Virus record (IMG/VR): IMGVR_UViG_3300035698_022475
Span: 49,459-113,458 of that record
From: a virus
DNA: 64,000 nucleotides
Strand: one strand, 5' to 3'
The notes below the pieces were generated by a model. That model worked only from the letters and a program-made list of their open reading frames with translations. It was not told the origin of the DNA and made no database searches. Shown here piece by piece: positions 58,093 to 64,000 of this stretch (its first letter is position 1; every line of letters begins with the position of its first letter). A program made the translations under genes and the position numbers.

Positions 58093-59678
58093 ATTACCTC
58101 CAGTGTATAGCTCCTAAAAAAACGGCCCTCTAACAACATAATATCATTAAACTTTTTTGTGTTGTGTAGAACGCATAGCTTTTGACGTTTATACATCGCG
58201 CTAAGTCATTGAAATTACATAACGCCAAATTCCCCAAAACCGTTGCCTTTCTACGTAAGACCTAAGGGCTTGAAATCATTGAAAACATTAGGGGTCAAAA
58301 TACGATGTATTTTTACCTACCTCGTAATTGAATGATTACAAGAAGTTGCGGGACAGTTGTGTCGTGACGCGTTGCGAACGTACGATGCATTTTCCACCTT
58401 TTTCCCAAAACCACACCCTTTGCCAAACGTCTTTTGTGAATATCATTACGTTTTCTCCTGCCAAGTAGGAAGGTCAATGGGTTGTCATTTGAGTCGGACG
58501 AGAACTGTTTTATCTTGAAGAGCGATACATCCCCGCGGTTGCTGGGCCGGAGAGGCAACTTCCCAAAACCATTACCTTTCTACATAAGAGTTATACCACT
58601 AATGGTCTCGGGAAGTAAACTCCATTATAAGCACCATATAATTATATGTTCGACCCCACACACGGCCCGGGGGTCGAGCATTCAGACCTTTTGAAAACCC
58701 CAACGCGGGAAGCCCAACAACCGTACGGCTCAAAAAAATATACATAGCCTTTTTAGCTTGCCCGTGCGGCGAGCAACGTGGAGAATCACGTACTTTCACA
58801 TAAAAAATACAAAAGGGGTTTTTCCAACTTACCCCACAAACGCGATACAAAAGGGGCTCCTACACTATCCCACTCCACTACACCACCAACCACACAGACT
58901 CACAATGTACTCAATATAAGTAGATAAGCATACATTTCATCACCAACCTTTCCAGCGCTAAGGCCTACCGCTACTGACTTTCAACAGTATTATATCAAGA
59001 GGCGATAGACCAAAAATCTCGCACGCGTAGCTTCGGATACACACACATACTATACATCTACAATGAGTATATAAAAGCCAATAAAACCGCTTTTGTGTAT
59101 ATGTGACTAAATAAGGTGATTCTTCTCATTGCCTTGTTTACGCCCACCCCCCGCCATTCTAATTTACCTTATACTTACACATACTTAACCCTTAAAAACA
59201 ACCCCATGCTCTCGTAAACGCTTGCCCCCACTTCAAGCACGAGGTTTGCACCACCAGCCTTACCCCCTAACCCTATCATACCATTATACTTTCTCTTCTT
59301 AAGTACTGTCAATTGATTGGGACCCCGAACACTTCTTGCCCTACTTAGAGTAGGGCTGGAAGTGCTTTTAGCGATTTACGTCTCTCGTCCTGCTCTGTGC
59401 CAAACCGTACACCTTCCTACATAACACTCGCACAGCCTACTGACAGTAATGAACTCTCCTTACGGGGAGGTCATAACTACATAGGTATGGCGTTGACTAC
59501 CTTCCCCTACATAGTTAGATCGTAAGAGCGATATAGAACCCGTACAGTACCGTAGACCTGTACTGTATCGTGGCTATATCATCCCCCGATATCCACTTAT
59601 ATCAAAAAATAACACAAGCCCCCGGAGCCGGCGTTATTTTTTACATGAGTATACGATTTGTAATTCTACAGTATGTTT
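58093..59678. other. 1.6-kb AT-richer non-coding region (candidate origin/regulatory region)
   Basis: No credible ORFs; imperfect direct repeat CCCAAAACCRTTRCCTTTCTACRTAAGA at ~58233 and ~58562; C-rich plus strand; several hairpins. Confidence 0.55.
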
Positions 59679-59888
59679 TCAATTGGGGGGACGATAGGTG
59701 TGTTCTAATACTTCAGTGAGGGGTGTGTCGTCCGAGAGGAAGAGCCTGTCCCAGGGGGCGATGGGGTCTTTGACCCGCTGTGAGTGGGAATGGGAGACGT
59801 TCCCGGCACTATCTACTACTACGGAAAATACAGACCCTCCAACACCCCCGGGCCACTTCGCTACTCCAATTAAATTTACGTGGTACAT
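59679..59888 (-). CDS. MxH micro-gene (MYHVN)
   Basis: GGAGG RBS; TGGTACAAG at 59988-59996; hairpin with A/T tracts downstream at ~59604-59642. Confidence 0.65.
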   Translation of the reverse strand: MYHVNLIGVAKWPGGVGGSVFSVVVDSAGNVSHSHSQRVKDPIAPWDRLFLSDDTPLTEVLEHTYRPPN

Positions 59889-60028
59889 TTTTCTTCCTCC
59901 AAAAAGAAACTACTCGGTAGCGCTCCGTCGCGTGCAATCTTACTTGTTCCTCGCGGCTTAGCTTGTGGACGTTGTCTTACTCGTATTCTTGTACCAAAAA
60001 AAGAGAAGCAGGTTTTACCCTGCTCCTC

Positions 60029-60468
60029 TACGCCCTCTTACGGGCAAAGTTTCCGGCCACTCCGCGGGATTCGCGTCAGCTATCTTCTACGCCCTCTTAG
60101 GGGCAAAGTTTCCAGCCGGTGGGCTGCTAGCCGTTGCGGAACAAGGGTTCCAGCCTGTGGGTGCGGCTCGTGTCGAATCATGTCGCATTGTTCCACCCGG
60201 ATCCAACACCATCTCTTCGGTGGTCATCCTACCCGTTACGCCCTCTTATGGGCAAAGTTTCCGGCCATTCGGCGGTCCTCCGGTCTCTTACCTCCTGGGC
60301 CGTTCGTTTCCTGTACGCCCTCTTAGGGGCAAAGTTTCCAGCCACTCGGATCCAACACCACCTCTTCCGAGCCGATCCTATCCGTTACGCCCTCTTATGG
60401 GCAAGTTCCTGCCGGCCCGCGCTTTTGGATTCACATCGCTTCGAACGCGCATACGCCCTCTTATGGGC
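60029..60468. repeat. Array of six ~30-bp hairpin repeats TACGCCCTCTTANGGGCAAAGTTTCCRGCC
   Basis: Copies start at 60029, 60088, 60237, 60314, 60386 (3' degenerate) and 60452 (core only). Confidence 0.85.
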
Positions 60469-60944
60469 TAAAGCACTTTGTCGACGGCCTTGTAGACCTC
60501 GTTGAGTTCGGAGATCTGGGTGTACTTCGCCCGCCATCGTTTGAGTTCCAGGAGGGCCTGGGATTTCCATTTTTGGCGCAGCTCCTTGTTGGTCAGGACC
60601 TTGCTTGTATCTCGGTAAGGGGTGTTGTCTGCGTTGATGGAGGTGTAGGCGTGGGTCGTGATCTCTACTTCTTCGAAAGTCCATTCGGCCTCAATAGCGC
60701 GCAAGACGTATCGTGCCTGTTCCAGGCGGTACTCTCGTGCGGCGAGGGTGTCGTCCCACTCGAACTCGTCGTGGAGAGGGCTCTGGGGGTCCTGGGCGTC
60801 CTTCACAACGACAACAGGGGAGATCTCCCCGTCGGGTCCTTGCAGCTTCCGCAGCCGCTTGCCGATTTTGGTGACGTTGCCTTTGACGTGGAATCCCGGG
60901 CGCTTACTATACTTGACGGGTTGGACTTGTTTCCTTTTCGCCAT
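60468..60944 (-). CDS. Conserved phage hypothetical protein
   Basis: PVVVVKDAQDPQSPLHDEFEWDDTLAAREYRLEQAR. Confidence 0.7.
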   Translation of the reverse strand: MAKRKQVQPVKYSKRPGFHVKGNVTKIGKRLRKLQGPDGEISPVVVVKDAQDPQSPLHDEFEWDDTLAAREYRLEQARYVLRAIEAEWTFEEVEITTHAYTSINADNTPYRDTSKVLTNKELRQKWKSQALLELKRWRAKYTQISELNEVYKAVDKVL

Positions 60945-61105
60945 GTAACTAGCCTTTCTTGTAGCGAACTGTAGGGGGCGCGTCTTCAACTATGTGGAAA
61001 GCCCCGCGGGTATTTCCCCGGCCGACACGCCTAGTTCCCACTCCCTCTTGTGCCCCTGTACGGGCGACGAGGTTCAGTACATCTTCCGCAGTGAAGAGGT
61101 CCCCA

Positions 61106-61318
61106 TCAGCTATTCCTATCTATGCTCTTGATCTCCTTGGCGAGTTCCTTCTCCATTGCGTGGAGTGTGGTCATCATGTCGATGAGGTTGTTCTTGTACG
61201 CGTATACGTTCCGCTGCAGTTTCTGCAGAACGTACTTACGTTTTGGGTTGAAGCGGTCCTTCTCGTTCGGGAAGTCCCGGATGGTGTCGTCTATCTGTTG
61301 CAGTAGTTCTTCGTCCAT
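61106..61318 (-). CDS. Hypothetical protein
   Basis: AAGGAG RBS. Confidence 0.65.
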   Translation of the reverse strand: MDEELLQQIDDTIRDFPNEKDRFNPKRKYVLQKLQRNVYAYKNNLIDMMTTLHAMEKELAKEIKSIDRNS

Positions 61319-61528
61319 TTATTTCTCCTTGCTTCGCAGCTCGTTCAGCAGTGTGTCGCTCGGGTCGAGACTGCGGAGGCGTGTCAGACACCCGGTGCAG
61401 TACCCGATGTCTATTTCGCTGTACATGTGAAGGGCTCGATTACACTGACCGCACTTGGGCTTGGGTTTTCTGGCCGGTGTGCGCTTCTTGCTCTTGGAGC
61501 CTGATTTGCGTTGTCGTGGTTTGGACAT
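61319..61528 (-). CDS. Small K/R-rich Zn-finger protein
   Basis: Basic N-terminus; CGQC...CTGC. Confidence 0.6.
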   Translation of the reverse strand: MSKPRQRKSGSKSKKRTPARKPKPKCGQCNRALHMYSEIDIGYCTGCLTRLRSLDPSDTLLNELRSKEK

Positions 61529-61601
61529 TATTCACTCTCCAGACGTTCTTTGTATTTACTCATCTCTCGGGCCGCGTCCTTCCCGGGAAGGCCCCGCACG
61601 T

Positions 61602-61913
61602 TCAAACAGCAATAGCGTTTACCTCCTGAAACTCAGTGCCGCACGGACAGGTGCGTGTGAAGCCTATCGTCTCCGCAATTTCGGCATCTTCTTTCTGCCC
61701 GAAGAGGTGCTTGAAGCGCCCCCAGTCCACTGTAGTGCCGGTAAGACATCCCGAGCGTTTGCACAGCAGTCCGTGTTTACGCCGTAAAAAGTACACGTAC
61801 TTGGGGTTGCACCCCACACGTTTGGCGAACTCCTCATCGGGGATTTTCCCAAGCTTGGGATTTCCTGCGCGGCCCCAGCGCTTCATAACCCCTCCTTGCG
61901 GGTCAGGTGCCAC
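61602..61913 (-). CDS. HTH-repeat protein
   Basis: LGKIPDEEFAKRVG and FGQKEDAEIAETIG repeats. Confidence 0.5.
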   Translation of the reverse strand: MAPDPQGGVMKRWGRAGNPKLGKIPDEEFAKRVGCNPKYVYFLRRKHGLLCKRSGCLTGTTVDWGRFKHLFGQKEDAEIAETIGFTRTCPCGTEFQEVNAIAV

Positions 61914-62290
61914 TTCTTACAGTGGGGACAGTGATACACTCGCTGCCCGGCCTGCCGTGCCCTGTTATCCGCTACGTCTTTCGATGAAAATGCCACTTTC
62001 TTTCCGCAGGATTTGTATTCTCGCACGCTGTTTTTCTGCAACACCTGGAGGTACTTTTGTTCCTGCTCTTTGAGTTTCTTCTCTGCTTTGTGGAGACGGT
62101 TCTGTAGGTCAATTTTTGTTTGGGCGTTCTCTTCCGTAGGTTTCGCGTAACGGGATCCCTGTTTCCATTGGTTACACCAGCCGTGCACGAGGACCGTTCT
62201 GTGCCGGCAGGTCAGTGCGTGTCCGTTATCGGAAGAGTGGGTGCAAGCAATACAGACTTCTCGGATGACGTAGGTTTTGTGGTCCATCAT
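61883..62290 (-). CDS. Zn-finger hypothetical protein
   Basis: CGKKVAF...RVYHCPHCKKWHLT. Confidence 0.6.
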   Translation of the reverse strand: MMDHKTYVIREVCIACTHSSDNGHALTCRHRTVLVHGWCNQWKQGSRYAKPTEENAQTKIDLQNRLHKAEKKLKEQEQKYLQVLQKNSVREYKSCGKKVAFSSKDVADNRARQAGQRVYHCPHCKKWHLTRKEGL

Positions 62291-62664
62291 TCACACTTAG
62301 TTCTGCACTCCTCGAGATCGTCCCGGCAGTCGTAGAGTTCACTACACCGGCCACTCTCCAGGCGGTCCCAACAGGTACGGAACGCTTGTTCCTTGTCGTT
62401 GAAAGTCCCCTCACCGAAGCGGTCGATGATGTAGAGGCACTTGTCACGCGGTGCTGCCTTGTCCAGCTCAGGCGTGAGGACGCCCTTGATGTCCCGGGGA
62501 CACGCAAGGGGCTCGGGCGTCTTCATGATCGAGACCTTGTCGATAAGGTCGATGCGGTCGTGTAGGCACTCTCGGTATTCCTTGCGGAACTGTTCCTCGT
62601 CTTCGATTTGCTGCTGGGTGGGACAGCCCACCAAGAACAGCGCGATCAGTATTGTGTACTTCAT
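62287..62664 (-). CDS. Cys-rich lipoprotein
   Basis: MKYTILIALFLVGC lipobox. Confidence 0.65.
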   Translation of the reverse strand: MKYTILIALFLVGCPTQQQIEDEEQFRKEYRECLHDRIDLIDKVSIMKTPEPLACPRDIKGVLTPELDKAAPRDKCLYIIDRFGEGTFNDKEQAFRTCWDRLESGRCSELYDCRDDLEECRTKCE

Positions 62665-62738
62665 TCGATATCCTTCCCTTTGTGAATTCTTCATCCATCA
62701 AAAACGCCAGGGTTACGTCTCTCAAATCCTGATACGTT

Positions 62739-63059
62739 TCATTTGCTATTAATGTCGCTCGTTCCATCGTTTCTTCCTTTCTGATTAAGATCGAAGGGTA
62801 CGATTTTCTCTTTTTTGAGTGCTTCTTGTACCCATGACACCCAAGCAAAAAGTGAATGGTCAACTACGGGTGTTTCTAAGATAGCCTTGCTAGCTTTTGC
62901 CTCATGCGTAACACCATCTGTGTATGTAAGTTTAATACACCCAGTAGTTGATATTCTAGCATCGGCAATACCACACATGAGGCAGTCTATAGACGGCGCA
63001 TTTAAAATTAAGCACTGTTTTTTATCAAGTTTCTTTAAGGCGTCTTGTGTCGTCTCCAT
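62739..63059 (-). CDS. Hypothetical protein
   Basis: AAGGA RBS, 106 aa. Confidence 0.5.
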   Translation of the reverse strand: METTQDALKKLDKKQCLILNAPSIDCLMCGIADARISTTGCIKLTYTDGVTHEAKASKAILETPVVDHSLFAWVSWVQEALKKEKIVPFDLNQKGRNDGTSDINSK

Positions 63060-63200
63060 CGTTTTTCCTTTCGTGAATTTCCCATCCTTTATCGGTGAAT
63101 ATCAAGTCTGTCTCTATGCCGTTTTGCTCTAAGGCTATCTGAGCGAAGGCTGCGGTAGACTTGAATTCATATATGTATATTGCTTCTTTTTTTGTTTTCA

Positions 63201-63785
63201 TTAAATTAGATTGCCATCCGCGTCGAACAAGTAATCATTCCCGCTTGCCATATCTTCAAAAGCTTCAAGGCTAGTATCAGCTTCATACGACTCTTCCAAG
63301 TCTTTGTATATTTGATCGGCGTAGGATCTAGCCTCACTCAACATAGCCAGCTCTATTTCACGAGGTATACAGAGATCAGGTATAGACATAGTGCCTGAGT
63401 GGGCGTAGTTGCCCTGAGTTTTTATTTCAATGTCCTCACTGAGTTCACCAGATTCGATAAGACTCTCGGCGTTAGGTACGCCATGTACCTCACACCATGC
63501 TCGCGCATCTATATAACCTACCCAAGAAGCGCCGTCACCCTGTGACCCAAAACCAGAGAAGTGAACGTCCTCTATATTGAAATAGGTGGGCGCTTCTTCT
63601 TTTGCGTTGTCAATCACGTACTCCGACCAATACTGCTCTTGTGAAGTGAACCCAACAAAAAGCTGATGTGCGTGCTCTTTTGCTGCAGAACCAAGCTCGC
63701 TCAACGTAAAAGCGCCTTCGTCGGGTGAGAAAGTCTGTGCAAGCTCATTGCAGCTTTTATTTGTTTTTGCGCATCCCATTTTCAA
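63201..63785 (-). CDS. Acidic conserved hypothetical protein
   Basis: HFSGFGSQGDGASW...IYKDLEESYE...NDYLFDADG. Confidence 0.6.
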   Translation of the reverse strand: MKMGCAKTNKSCNELAQTFSPDEGAFTLSELGSAAKEHAHQLFVGFTSQEQYWSEYVIDNAKEEAPTYFNIEDVHFSGFGSQGDGASWVGYIDARAWCEVHGVPNAESLIESGELSEDIEIKTQGNYAHSGTMSIPDLCIPREIELAMLSEARSYADQIYKDLEESYEADTSLEAFEDMASGNDYLFDADGNLI

Positions 63786-63851
63786 TCCCCTTTTTTAATT
63801 CGTGCATCCACCGCAACCCCGGATAACTCCGAGGCTGGGATAGGGCAGGAA

Positions 63852-64000
63852 CTAATCTCCCGGCCATTCAGGAATTTCTTTGTGGATGTCTCTTGCTTGT
63901 TGTTTACATTCTTTTTCTCGTGCGGCGGCGGCGTTGGCGGCGTCGGCGGCGGCGTTGGCGTAGGTGGCGGCGTCGGCGGCGTAGGTGGCGGCGGCGTTGG
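63852..64000 (-). CDS. C-terminus of an Ala-rich repeat protein (5' part outside the window)
   Basis: Frame reads ...AATYAADAATYANAAADAANAAAAREKECKQQARDIHKEIPEWPGD*. Confidence 0.65.
   Translation of the reverse strand, partial: NAAATYAADAATYANAAADAANAAAAREKECKQQARDIHKEIPEWPGD

Noticed and set aside
60029-60468. Canonical CRISPR array
   Set aside because: Spacers are about 29-119 nt, two share sequence, repeats vary internally, and there are no cas genes in the window. Kept as a repeat array of unknown function.
63921-64000. GGC-rich tandem repeat as a regulatory or DGR variable region
   Set aside because: It is the codon pattern of an Ala-rich protein tail on the minus strand; no template/variable repeat pair or RT is visible.

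Overview
This window is a 64-kb segment of a large tailed-phage (Caudoviricetes-like) genome in standard genetic code. I saw no tRNA/rRNA, no integrase, no cas gene and no recognisable reverse transcriptase. Positions 1-9020 (minus strand) are a tail module: two fibre-like proteins, a tube/baseplate-like protein, the tape measure protein and a tail-assembly-chaperone pair with a likely -1 frameshift. Positions 9110-17826 (plus strand) carry family-4 UDG, DinG helicase, an SLT-like lysin, dNMP kinase and a holin-like gene. The remaining ~46 kb is mostly minus-strand accessory genes: DHH and calcineurin-like phosphoesterases, a methyltransferase, a NUDIX-RyR fusion, an Ntn hydrolase, a YiiX-like amidase, ThyX, an SPFH/PurA-like/vWA module, a frameshifted homing endonuclease, MazG and an SGNH hydrolase. 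Three things stand out. (1) Four tandem ~125-150-nt structured units at 14766-15352 have a retron msr-msd-like architecture but no RT in the window. (2) About 30 translationally coupled micro-genes share almost nothing except an N-terminal M-x-H-[FYVI] motif. (3) A six-copy ~30-bp hairpin-repeat array at 60029-60468 lies near a 1.6-kb non-coding region. All product calls come from motif recognition by eye; no database searches were run.
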